Source of the DNA: Antedon mediterranea
Taxonomy: Eukaryota; Animalia; Echinodermata
Assembly (NCBI RefSeq): GCF_964355755.1
Contig: NC_092675.1
Span: 5,389,812-5,453,811 of the forward strand
Direction: 5' to 3'
DNA length: 64,000 nt
Both the position numbers and the translations under genes were made by a program. How positions within the stretch are numbered: position 1 is the stretch's first letter; each line of letters opens with the position of its first letter. Below the pieces are notes generated by a model. That model was given only the letters and a program-made list of their open reading frames with translations. It did no database searches and had not been told where the DNA came from. This document shows, one piece after another, positions 13,635 to 26,268 of the stretch.

Positions 13635-13769
13635 ATGGGACACGTATTCTCTTTAAGGAGATACGTTCCTTTGAAATGAATAAAGGAAAATATTTATTGA
13701 TTGCTATTCAAGGGACCTCTATTAAGGGGACAATTTGTTGAAGGTGTCCCTTTAATAGCGGTTCTACTG
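13635..13769. mobile_element. Tc1/pogo (Tigger-like) MITE, right end
   Basis: GGTGTCCCTTTAATAGCGGTTCTACTG|TA terminus with internal CCTCTATTAAGGGGACA repeat. Confidence 0.55.
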
Positions 13770-16700
13770 TATAATAACATCAATTTTATTGATAATTATG
13801 TATGTTAATTTAACGATTAATAGTATTTTATTATTTTACATTGCATAAAATTATAACAGTCATGAATTATTTATTGAACTTTTTGCAGTGTATTTCATTT
13901 CGTAATCTAATCAAAGATTGTACTGTATAGCGCCGCTATGCAGCACAAGATAGATGACTGCGCAAGATATTTGTAATCCCATAGACACAATTCCAGTGTA
14001 CAAAATTAACTGGATGAATGCAAGAGTTTTGATGAGTTTATAGGCTAGGCCTACAAGTTAGTTTACTGAGACACAATGATTATCATTGATACATTAATAC
14101 TATAATTGTTAAGAAAATAAATTATTAAACTATCACTATTATAAACACTATTTGTTTTTACTCGTTGGTTTGGCCGCCATTCCGGGGGCCATGGAATTAC
14201 ATGGGAGCGTTGTGTTATAGGATAGGAGCTTAGCAACAGTTATCTATCTTGGGCAGGGTAGCTACGCTATATAATCTTTGATCTAATGTCAATACAGAAA
14301 AGAAACTGCATTGTATCATAGATAAAATAACTAGTTTCCTGATTTTAAAATGTGACCATATTTCCAAGAAACAACATAAAGAGGGTCAGTTGATAACAAC
14401 AACACATTTCACTTAAAGTTCATACAATATAAAAGGTATTGTATGTATAGGATATTAACTTCCTGTATACTATTTTCCAAAAAAATATTAACTAAGTTAT
14501 GATGTGAAATTTATATGAAAATGGCTGTAATAGTTTCCTGTGTGTTAATAGAGAGCTATTGATTTGCAATAACCGACGAAGTAGGACCTTTGTATTGATG
14601 TGTTGTTGGTCGTCACGAAATAGAATTAGGAAATGTATCCCAACTTTCCCGCATGCACACAATGAATTAACATGAGCTAACTTGTTCCTAGGCTGTCGGT
14701 TGTCGCAAAAAAAAAGCTTACTAATTTTGTAAACATCAGTAGGCTAAAATTTATTATTTGTTTAATAATACCCACATTTCAACAAAATGACAAAATTACT
14801 GTACATTAAATTTTATATGAAACAATAACTATATTTAATTTGTTTCAGTTTTAATTTAAAACTACAGTAATATCTAACAAAATAGTGGATAGCATGTTTT
14901 GTATGCTATTACTATGCAGTATTGAGTTAAAATAAGTTATACATATTCTTAGTGAAAGTAATATCATTTTCGATGTACCCATACTACTCTAATGGCTTTT
15001 TTCCCCTTGTTTATAATGCAAAGATTATCAGTTGTGTATACCTGTAAAATAATCACTATAAAAATAATGTGTACAGCAGTTTACTATATTACTTTCTATA
15101 ATTCATGAGTATATTTTATGGTTTGGTTTACGATCACGTTATAAAGTGTACTGAAGCAACATACCTTTAATTATTATAGAGGACTGTATGATATTGAAAG
15201 AGGTTTTAACTATTCCACCAGTATATGGCCTCAACAGTTTGTAAAAATGTCTTATAAAACGTAAATTATTATTATTTTTGTACAGAGGTACATAATAAAA
15301 AAAAATATATGTATCAAATAATAATGAATAGTTGTGTCCATACTGTATCGACTTGATTGCACTGTAAAGCATATTCATTACAATTTCATGTTCAGTGTAG
15401 TCTTTCAGTCTCTCAGTCTCTTCAACAACAACCCAGATTTCGGATTACATGTATATGATAGAAAGCCTTGTAGACATTGACAATGTTTCTTTATCATGTT
15501 TTGTTTAACAGAATGACTACTCATTAAAGGTAACAGCTAACTAATTAGTCAGCTTTTTGCCCCACTCTGACATATTGTACTTTATAAAGTACATTTGAGA
15601 AACTTGCAAACAAAATTGCTGGTCATTTTTGGATGGGACTTAAACCCACTATATCACTAATCTGCTGTTCATTACACCAGAGTTAATTTCGAGCCCAAGG
15701 AAGCAGCGAATACTGCAACAACTATTTTGAAGCAAGTTATACCTTTTACATTTTTTGTTTTGAGATCACAACCACATGCTCTACTTCTTCATTTGCATCT
15801 GGAAGCTTATTTGCAAAACATCAATGCTGGTTGAAAAAAGATCAATTTTCATACACTAGTCAAACACCGTACATATAAACCATGGAGAATAGCGTACACC
15901 GATCAATATCAGTATACCGTTGTCGGGCACTGGCCTGGAGGATATCGAGTCTCTCATAACTCTCTGTTTACTATACACAGTTCTTGTTATTGACATTGGC
16001 TCAGACTGGTGAATATCAAATAAGTAAAACTCAAGATGGAAGTTAAATATCAATAAGTAACTTATGATTGAAGTTGATATAAAACGTGACTTCATTATAA
16101 GCCAGTGCAACTACCACTTATTTTTAATTTGATGTAATTGTTAATGGAATCCAATATTTACTTTATTAATCTTTGAAAAGTCCAGGTAAGCATTAATAAA
16201 ACAAAACGTTCACTAGTGTTTCTATTTACGGATATAGCCTGTCAACATTATACCGTAATACTTGCAAATATTATTAAGTTATGATATTAACTGAAATGTC
16301 ACTAAAGCCATTATGAATTATTGATGAAATCTTCATAATATAATAAATGGTAGTACATTCAATTTAGGTATACTCTACTGACACAGGCTTAAGGCCCATA
16401 TTCTGACAAAGAGCAACATATAAAATAAAAAAAAGTGTGTTTTTGGCAGGTTATTTTGTTTTTTTTTTATTTATTTTTTATATTTATTTATTTCGATATA
16501 AAAAATATAAAATACAGAGTGGTAGTTGAGCTAAAATTCTTGCATTACAAAATAAGACAAGACCGCTAACAATTACATACAAAAATCATATTATCTTTTT
16601 CCCAACATATTTATCATACTGACTCAATACTAAGAGTTTAAACACAGGGAAAAATGTAGTTTGTTGGCCTAAATCCACTTGTTATAGAAAATAAAAACAT

Positions 16701-17673
16701 TCTGCAGTTATTTCATCATGGTAAAAATATGCATTAAAGATCCACACTCTACATTTCTGCCGAGTGCTCATTGGATCTTTGATTTCAGCTAGATGTCTAG
16801 CAATCATCTATGTTGTTGCCATTGAACGCAATAAGAGTCTGCACGCTACATGTATGACATTGATTCATGGACATATTCATGAATAATTAAATGCATTAAC
16901 TTTCATTAAAGTAGATTCTAAAAAAAAAAAACATTTATTACATGCTTTCAATCTTAATTCATATGAAATAAGTACTGTATTGTCTCGGCTTGAGCTACCC
17001 TAAATATGGAGCAATTTTATACAAAATGATAAATACAGTAGGCAAAACTACTATTATTTCCTTAAGTGTAAATTCAACCTTTAATGTTGTTCAATTTATT
17101 ACACCAGCAAGATTTACTATCATAAATTGCAGTAGACAGTACTACTCGTGCCATCAATTTTAATTATTAGAAAAAATAATTACAATTTCAAACTATGAAT
17201 ACCGTAGCTTTAGATTACTTATCTTATGCACCTGCAATTAATTTGTCATTAATGCTGTATTATAATACTGTACTAATAATAGAGCAATTTTCAAGACATC
17301 CATCAAATTAAAAACCAATTTAAAGGTTCTTTCTATTTGGTACCATGGCGACTCAAAAAACATAAAATATTACTTTATCCATTAGGTAAAATGAGTCTAA
17401 TTTAAAAACCCCAAAGGACCCAATTCCAATGGATGTATTTTCATCAAAATCTAGAATTGTCCAGGTGATTATACAAAATTGTCTGTAGGCCTACAAAAAC
17501 AGTATAACATACCTAATTTATTAATTATTGGTATCTAAGCTTAAATTATACTCTCACAAAACATAAAATTAAAACATCTGGGTAAAAAATATCCTTTTTT
17601 TTTTTAAATAGTATATTCTTTTGAAGTCCTGCCAAATACAGCAATTTCTGCAATTACTGAAATACTACATATG

Positions 17674-19455
17674 TTAATTTTTGTACAATCTTTCAACATA
17701 GTCAAACAGTTTGGCCGATTTCTTCTCTCCTGCTAAAATCATCTGTTTTAAAGCAACAGCTTGGTCAAACATACCCCAATAGTCTTCCTTCCATAAAATT
17801 GATCTAAAATATAAAGAGATACAAAAGTAAATATTATTTTAAATCAATTGTTCCGCAAAATAAATAACTAGAAATTGAATAGAATGGAAACTAAAATTTA
17901 TTAATTTATTGAATCGTCTGCTCCTGGTAACTGTAGGTATGCAATGGTTTAAAATTAATACATAATAAATGAACTTGGACCCCAACAAAAACAACTACAC
18001 TGAAGCTCTGTCTACACTATCAAACTATTTTGACAAAAAGTGTGATGTGCCCAAATATGGTAGTGATATGTGCAAATATGGTAGTGGTATGACATCGTGT
18101 CCATACAGTATATTGGCACATCACATTTTTTTGTCAAAATAGTTTGACAGAGCTTGTGTATGTATTTCATTTAGCCATTACCCATCTGCTGAGTCAACAA
18201 CAAGCTCTTCAAACAAGCCTCCATGTGTCGAGTCTGGTTGAGGGCATCCCATATGATTGTATTTGGCCATGTGCGGGGCTAGCAGAGGCACACTTGGATC
18301 AAGAGCGTGTTGTTCTTCCTTTTCGATTCTTTCTCGCAGTTTGTCACATACATGACACTCAAAGCCTATAATAAAATCAACATGATTCGGTTCATTTACT
18401 CCCCACGGTCGATTCTCTAAATGAGCAGACAGAAATTGATTAGTTATACCATCTTTTTTGTAACTTAAATACTGCAAGTACATGTCATCGTTTTCATCCA
18501 AATTCTTAATAAAATTTGCAAGCATTTCAGGATTTGAAAAGTCATCAACTAAAATCAATGTACGGTTATTTGGCATCCATTTTGTCGGTCTGGATGACCC
18601 GTAATATATAGGCACAGATCCCACGTGGAGTGGTCGAAACAGTTTCTCAGTCATGTAATCATCACAAATAGCATTCTCAAATGCTAAGTGAAATTTGTAT
18701 TGGGATATAAGTTTATAAAAATCCTCATCATTCATTGATTTCACAGGATCTTCTAAGCCTTCCTTCATTTTTTTATTATTTACGCAATCGCCAATTGAAT
18801 CAATTTCAATATATTTCATTAATTCTTCAACATATCTATCTCTATATGAAGCGACATCACAATGTGACTGTACATACAAAACCGGCGCTAATCCACTTTT
18901 TCGTAACCGATTCTTCTCTGCAATTGGAACCGGGGAGCGATGAAGCAAGTAGTCTTTATTAATAATAGATTGCGATGTTAACGGATAATCCGACTCCTCT
19001 CTGAAAGTTGCTGTATGATTAAAAAGCTGTAAAGCTGGGAGATGCGATAATAAATAATTATTTAACGGCGACTCTTCATGAAGTAAACACCATTCATGCC
19101 AAGGTTGCCGTGGAAGTGGCATATCGTAAGGCCGTATATCTGTGCCGTAAAACATAATTGCACGCGTTCTTTCATTTCCTAATACCTTTTTATTTTTGGT
19201 TGCTACACATTGGCCTCCAGGACATTGAATTATGTCAGATTCTTTGTTAAAATGAGGATACAAACTGTCTGTCCACCATAAAATTACAGGAAGCGTATCT
19301 TTCAAACTAGAAAATTTTGGGAACTTTGATGATCCCCCTCCAATTCCACCTTCATCTGCAAAATTTACGGTTTCAAATGAACTGATATCACAAAACATAC
19401 AATTTAAAAGTATACAAAAGGTATAAAACAACAATATATGACGCCTAAAATTCAT
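17674..19455 (-). CDS. FUT11: Alpha-(1,3)-fucosyltransferase 11 / protein O-fucosyltransferase 4 (GT10), 2 exons, ~467 aa
   Basis: Exon 19455-18182: N-terminal hydrophobic segment, PVILWWT, LLHEESPLNN, YKFHLAFENAICDDYMTEKLFRPLHVGSVPIYYG GT10 motif. GG|GTAAT donor; exon 17803-17674 (SILWKEDYWGMFDQAVAL...LFDYVERLYKN*) matches the FUT11 C-terminus. Confidence 0.92.
18004..18154. mobile_element. MITE family M1 copy in FUT11 intron
   Basis: AGCTCTGTCTACACTATCAAAC...GTTTGACAGAGCT. Confidence 0.75.
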
Positions 19456-19589
19456 TTTAGTACAATAGTTGAGCTATATTTTTCATAAGCTGTTTCCTTG
19501 TTTTTTAATAACAACATGTTTCACGCTCTAGTACACCGTAAGTGACCTATAAACCCTGTACGTTGAACTTTCAACTTGCCAAATAAAAA
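19456..19589. promoter_or_regulatory. Bidirectional promoter FUT11/MRPS24
   Basis: Only 134 bp between two divergent ATGs. Contains TGACCT, TGAACTTTCAACT and a YY1/TISU-like AAAATGGCTGCC overlapping the MRPS24 start. Confidence 0.65.
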
Positions 19590-22052
19590 ATGGCTGCCTC
19601 CATGAAGTTTTTACGATGGGTACGGTTTTGTTTATTGGCCGTTTCTTATATATTTAGGGTCTATATAAACATTGCTGATTAGTATCCTAGCCCTAGTTGT
19701 ATATATTTACTGACAAATGTATGGTATAGGCCTAGGCCCTAGGCCTATATGTTATTTAGCTAGCTAACTAGCCTACCTAGCCTAGGCTAGAAGCTCGGTC
19801 ACCGCTAGCTCTGCCTGCAGTGTCGACGTGCAAGACGAGGAGCTAAGGAGGGTAAACCCGGCCTGCAGATGAGGATTGGGGAGGGGAGTACAGCTAGGCT
19901 AGCTAAGCCCTGCCCATACATAGGTTATAGAATTGAGCTATAATATAGAACATAGTACAATGGTAGACCCACTGTTTATTTAGGATAATCATTAATAAAC
20001 TTCATATTAATAAATAAAGTGCAGTTTTCTTGTGTTAAAGTATGTAAAAATGGTATTTTTTGTTGGATTTGCTCATTCATATAATAGTTTATTTCAAATG
20101 TTTCCTTACATCGATATATTTAGTTGTAATACTTCTGCTATTAATTAATGTTTTTCTTTATACACTGTTGCCTGGATCTTGAATAAATAAAAAAAATATA
20201 GGACTAGGCTAGTAGTTACTACTAGTAGAAAGAAAGTATTAAAAAATAGCCTCAAAAGTCAAAACAGTAATAAAATAACTCCATACCATGAATATATATT
20301 TAATATGCAGAATCAACGTTTTCCAAAAGAAAAGAAAAAAAACAATAAAATAGTTTATCCATGATGACAGACTCTGTATAAATATAAATCATTCTAAAAC
20401 CAATTTGTATGACCGGCTGGTTTGCATAGTGGAATGAGGGGTTGTCGGTTCGCTTCAATTTTTTTAAATACATTTTTTTTTTAACTTGAATTTTTTATTT
20501 TTATCTTTCCATTGTCTTGAGTTTGAGGATAAGGGTTAGCCCTGTTTTACTCACTATTGTGACTTGGCCTATGGCACTATTATTTCTATTATTAAAAGTT
20601 ATGAGTCTATCTTCAACCATAACCGTGTAAGCCCAGTGCAATCTTCATCTTCACCCAGTATAAAGAACAAATAAATAAAAAAATAAAATCTTTTTTGAAA
20701 GCCCAATTGAGCACTTATGCAAAGAAAGATTCATTTTATTTTTCTTATAGAGAATATTAACAAGAGCACCATTGCAGAAGCATGTTACTAGGCTTTTCCA
20801 AACAAGCACTGTTGCTTGCAAAAGCACCGCTGGTAAAGTGAAAGTCAGTAAAGGTGAAAAGCCAATTACATATGAACAAGCGAACCCCCCTTTTAATATC
20901 GGAGTACGCAAGGGGTGGAATACTCATCATACAGGTAAGATAATGTGTCATTAATTTTTGGAGATTAAGTAATTAGTAACTCTGAAAACTTAAAGATGTA
21001 TTGTCCCTTAAAACACAAAAAAATAAAAAAATAAATATTCTAAATATAAATTGGCCATATAAAAGTAATATTAAAGTTATTCACTTTAAGTCGAAAATTC
21101 GAGCCAAAAACAACAATTTTACATAATTAACAGGTAAATTAATTTGATTACATTTTGCTGGAAAATTGTCGCTAGCGAAAGTAAACAAATATTTCAAACC
21201 ATGCGTATGCATGATGCTAATTATGATTGTTTACATCTCCTCACGGTTGAAAAGGTGTTTTCACACAGGTCGCGAAGAAGTTTTATGATTATGCATACAG
21301 AGTAGCCAAACAAGCGCGTTGCATTATGAGATATGTTTTGATCGAAAACTTTGACTGGAAGTAAAAGTTATTTTTTGAACAAAAAAACATCCATATTTCG
21401 GTTACATTTTAACTAATTTTTTGTGAAAGTTACTAACTATTATGATACTTCAAAATGACCCCCTTTTTTTCGAAATATAAAAAAAAATAAAAATTTTTTT
21501 TTTTTAAAGCATTATGTCGTTTTTATCCCAACTTGGAAAAATGAAATATCAGGTTTTTTATGAAAGCATGTCTAAACTATAGAGGGTGCTATACAATTTT
21601 GGAAAAAATATCACATCTATCATGGTTATGTCAGGCATGCCAAATGCTGAACATGCTGCGATGCCAACTGTATGTTTTACCTATTAAACTAGTATAAAAT
21701 CTTCTCATTAATTGTTTTTACTATGACCCCTATGTTGACCAGTATTTATTTTCATTTTACCAATACAGCAAATTTAGACAATGAAGCTGGATCTGCTGAA
21801 AGAGTTTTTGAGGATGTATTTCTGCGCAAATTTATATATGGAACATTTCACGGTTGCTTGGCAACAGATATGATTATTAAGAGGCGGGCAAACATGATCA
21901 TTCTTTCGATGGTGCTGATGAGAGTAATTGCACCACAGAAAATGTATTTCCTCGCTGGGTACACTGAAGAACTATTGTCGCATTGGTTTAAATGTCCAAT
22001 CAAGTTAGAAATACAAGTGGTAAATGATAAACCGATATATAAATGGATCTAG
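19590..22052 (+). CDS. MRPS24: Mitochondrial ribosomal protein S24 (uS3m), 3 exons, ~165 aa
   Basis: Exons 19590-19619 (MAASMKFLRW), 20751-20934 (KVKVSKGEKPITYEQANPPFNIGVRKGWNTHHT), 21769-22052 (ANLD...EDVFLRKFIYGTFHGCL...YFLAGYTEELLSHWFKCPIKL...YKWI); phases 0/1 consistent. Confidence 0.93.
20994..21490. mobile_element. Kolobok-type element, left end intact, right end unresolved
   Basis: TTAA|AGATGTATTGTCCC matches the terminus at 29551. Confidence 0.5.
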
Positions 22053-22685
22053 CACATTTTGAGTTTAACAATACAAATAGAGGTGGAGAGGACATTGTAA
22101 AATGAATAAACAAGATTGGCTTTCACACAGAGTACTGTATCTGTTTTGAATTGGAGCATAATGCTGGAAACTAGGACTAGTTCACAGCTAGTGTACTAGA
22201 CCAATATACAGTACAGTAGTACTATATTGAGAGCAATGGACTACCATGATTGATGGTACACCATAATTAATGACAACGCATTTTGATATGGTAAAATGAA
22301 TGGTAGACTACTGAATTGAAAATTGGGAAAGTATACCGCCACCAACGTTAACACTGTAAAGTCTGTCGCCACCAACATTCAATATATGCGCATAGTGCGT
22401 AAATTATAATTAATGCCTTTTATTAATATTATTATAGACACGCTCACGTTGTATACAAATATAGTGAAGTATCTTTGACATATCGCACTATCAACAAAGA
22501 AGTGGCACATACAGTATACTTATACAATTTTTACTATCAATATTGTTCGTTGTATCATTTACGGTGGTGGTACGTACAACGCCCTTTTTAATGCAATAAT
22601 ACTGAATTTTATAGAAACATGTGTGAAATCGGGAGGTAATGTTAAAATTTGGGAGACTCCTGAATAAATCAGGCGGGTTGGAACA

Positions 22686-23060
22686 TATGATGATTGATGA
22701 TTACTGCCTTTCTGCTGAAAAGTCTGTCGACATTTCCGCTTGGGCTGCTCCGTAAATCTCTTGGTTTTCTTTCTTGGTTTTCAATTGTCCGGGATACTTT
22801 ATGTTTGTGTTCTGCTTATAAAGGGTGAGTAGGTCGTTGCTGAGAGTTATTGGTAGGGTGGTTCTCGGTCTTCCTCGAAATTTTATATTGGTAGTGTTGC
22901 TGAAATAATAGCTTATTGCTGTGTTGGCTGGTGTACATGGGTCTTGTCCAAGTATATGACCCAATAGTCTTGCGTCGACTATTTCTAATGAAATTGGTTT
23001 TGTTTTGTTGGATGAGTAAAATGATTTGGAATACAATATGATACAGAAATATAGCACACT
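22686..23060 (-). mobile_element. RTE-clade LINE 3' fragment
   Basis: Translation RLLGHIL...PANTAISYYF...KFRGRPRTTLPITLSNDL is typical of the RTE ORF C-terminus; short (ATC)-like tail after the stop. Confidence 0.7.
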
Positions 23061-23360
23061 GTTTTATTCATCTTACTTTAATTCTTGTTGAAAAAAAAAC
23101 ATTGATTTGTCCAATAAAGGAAGAACCAGATAACATCTACTGCAATACAGTAAATAAAACTCAACTATACAACATTTGGTTTTATGATTTGTTCTACATT
23201 AATTACTTAATTATTATAAAGTTAATTAAAATAAATTTTGCTATAAACACATCAACACAGATTTATATAATTTTCAATTGATAATTAGGTTTGTGTGTTG
23301 ACATATCCACCAAAAATCTTATTTGCTGATCAGAGGTATAATAAATACAGTGTAACCTAG

Positions 23361-23706
23361 CCAGGTTGCGATATTTCTTTTCGTACATAGGTTGGGGACC
23401 CCTCATGAAACATCACAAAATAAACATGAATATTCATTAGTCATATCCATAAGGTGTGACGTAAGAATTAAGCTGACTATAATTCGCTAATGCAAACGCT
23501 TTCGTCTGTGTAGTCTAGTGGATTAGATTATAGACTTTGTTGTAATTGTATGGGTGTTTGGGTTCGAATCCCATGAGCAACTTCTTTTTACTTATAGTGA
23601 GAGGGATTATTTAGAGGGTTAGGTTTAGTTATATTTAGGAAATAGTTCAGCTATCTTTCACATAAGGGTCCCCAACTTATGTACGAAAAATGAAATCGCA
23701 GCCAGG
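23361..23706. mobile_element. MITE with ~45-bp TIRs and internal tRNA-like segment
   Basis: CCAGGTTGCGAT..TTTTCGTACATAGGTTGGGGACCC vs GGGTCCCCAACTTATGTACGAAAA..ATCGCAGCCAGG. Confidence 0.65.
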
Positions 23707-24906
23707 TTATCTTTCAAACTTTAAATAACATAGAGAACACTACTATTTTGTAATCAGTTAAAATGTGTAAATCAATTTCGTTAAATAGTATAAAAAACAA
23801 TTTTTTTAGAATAGAATATATGATATGAACAAATAAAAATAACTTCTATTATATATAATATTAAATCATATTAGTGTGCTGTATTCAGTAGCCTATTTAC
23901 AAATGCTGTCTGATCATTAGTTTAATGTTAAATTAAATATATGGCAGTTGATTAAATATATAGACATTAACCATAGCTTATACTACATTTAACTCTCCAA
24001 ACCAAACACCCATACAATTAAATGCAATGGCTCAAATTGATACTGGCTGTATATATATATACTGTACATTGACACCATATTTTCAGTCATGAAATTGTGG
24101 GCCAGCCCAATGGTGTATAGTTTAAAGATTTGTACAAAATGACTAATATACAGTTAAATCAAGATGTAATGTACAGTACTGTACTTATGAGATTGTAGAC
24201 ACTGTTTAACTACATGACGATCTTAATTACAATCTAATCAAATGTTCATTTGGTTGTCTTCGTCCAATCTAAAACAATATCCTGGAAGCATACTCTCCTA
24301 CTATGCATATCGTGTTGAGATGCATATCGTGTTGAGATGCATCCCATAATGTCAGTTGTCGGTGTAATGTTTTAAAATCAAACATTTATAAACAAATCTC
24401 TTGAGTTTTGTAACAGTGTATGTGGTTTTTAAATGATAACATATTTATGAATGTTGATTGGCATTTGTTTTCAAATGATTGCAAAAGACTTTAAAGTGTT
24501 ACTGTATTTCTCCATTGTACAGTAATTTCTGATACAGTTCTAAAAACCAACTGTGTTTTCCTTTCCGGATGAACAAGGCTGCCGATGAAAGTAGACAAAA
24601 TGTAAAAAGTAATCATTTGAAACTAGATCATTTTTTTTTAGAACAAGTTACTAGAATAATACACAAGTTAACCCTGAATTTGACTGTCCATACATGCAGC
24701 ATTTATCTTCAATCAAATTAATAATTTACAAAATAATGGCAGTGTTGAATACTTAATTTACAACCTTATTTATACAAAGTTAATGCCCCAATATTATTAG
24801 CCCTACATAACTAATTTTACCACTGTCCCATGCCATCATGCTTGTTAAATGTTCAAACAAAATCAACATTTTCAATTTGATGTTCGAAAATCACAACATG
24901 CTCATC

Positions 24907-25012
24907 ATGGACATGATGTCATCATATCACTACCATATTTGGGTATATCACTACCATATTTGGGCACATCACATTTTGTTTGTTGAACTAGTTTGATAGT
25001 GTAGACAGAGCT
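24907..25012. mobile_element. MITE family M1, right-hand part
   Basis: 21-bp internal repeats and right TIR GTTTGATAGTGTAGACAGAGCT. Confidence 0.7.
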
Positions 25013-26268
25013 TTACTGTACACTTCTTATTATAACAAAATAAAGTGTGTTCCTTGATGCGTTATACTGGTAGCTTAATGACCATCAAATGAGAACTCTC
25101 CACGTCCATTGTAGACCGAATATAATCAAGTAGTAATTGGCATAATAATATTGTCATTTAAAAGGCTAGAAAATCACTGAATTCTAACGTTTTAAAAAGT
25201 TATAGGTGCACTTCCTTTTTAAGCACCACTAACTTTTTATAAATCTATCAAAATTATTATTTAATTCATTCAAGGTGGCCCCCTTTAGAGTTATATTTAT
25301 ATAAACAAATCTTATAGCTACTAAAGTAGGGTGTATCAGCAAAGATATGTTACGAGAACATTTCCATCTTTGACTGTAATTAGTTCCTGAGAAAAACTTT
25401 CAACAAAAGCAGAAAGTATACAGTAATACACCAATCCCCACAGGATGTCATTTAAACATATGAAATATTTTTAATGTGTTTTACAGTGTAGACAGTTCAG
25501 TATTATGTCACTGGTTTTTAATGTTACGAGCATGTCCAGGCAACCTAGAGGAGCAGAATTGTACTAGTCAGTACAGTATAAGAATTGTTGTACAATTACA
25601 GAAAATCCCTTTTTTAGGAGTTCCCTGTTATGAGAACACTTTATTCCTAAAGCTGCCCCCCTAATAGGGTTCTATGGTACAACAAAAAGTAAATATTTCT
25701 ACACACCCTTATCAAAACAGAACAATGTTTAACATTTGCCTATATTCTTAAAACAAATGTATTAATTATTATAGCTGACACAAATTATTTCTATTTTATA
25801 TATACAATATATGGATTTTGTAAATTTTGTAGTAGTACTCAGTTGAACAGCTTTTGCTTTATTATTATCAAAAGAGTTTTTCGAAAGTCCCAAATTCGGC
25901 CAGTAGTAGTAGGATATAGACAGACATCAGTAAATTTGTAATGAGTTTGATAATGATTCAATATGTTTAAAGATTCTAAAATATCTTAATGAAATGTAAA
26001 ACTGTACATGAGCAAATGGTCATATAAAAAATATTCCTTTTTAACATAAAAAAATGTTAAGTTGTGGATTTAAATATAAAGTTTATTTTAACTTTTTGTA
26101 CAAAAAAATAAGTATATGTTTTCGTTTCAATTTTATTATTGAATTGTCTAGAATTTTTGGTATTTTCCATTGTTGCTAATTGCTATTGTTCAGCATCATG
26201 CAGTGAAGTATCTGAACTTAATTTCAGATAAATTGGAAGATTTTTGGATTTCTTTACTGAAGATAAAT

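Noticed and set aside
15745-15830. Possible extra minus-strand exon between MARCHF8 and FUT11
   Set aside because: Plausible splice signals but stops in all three frames; cannot support a gene.
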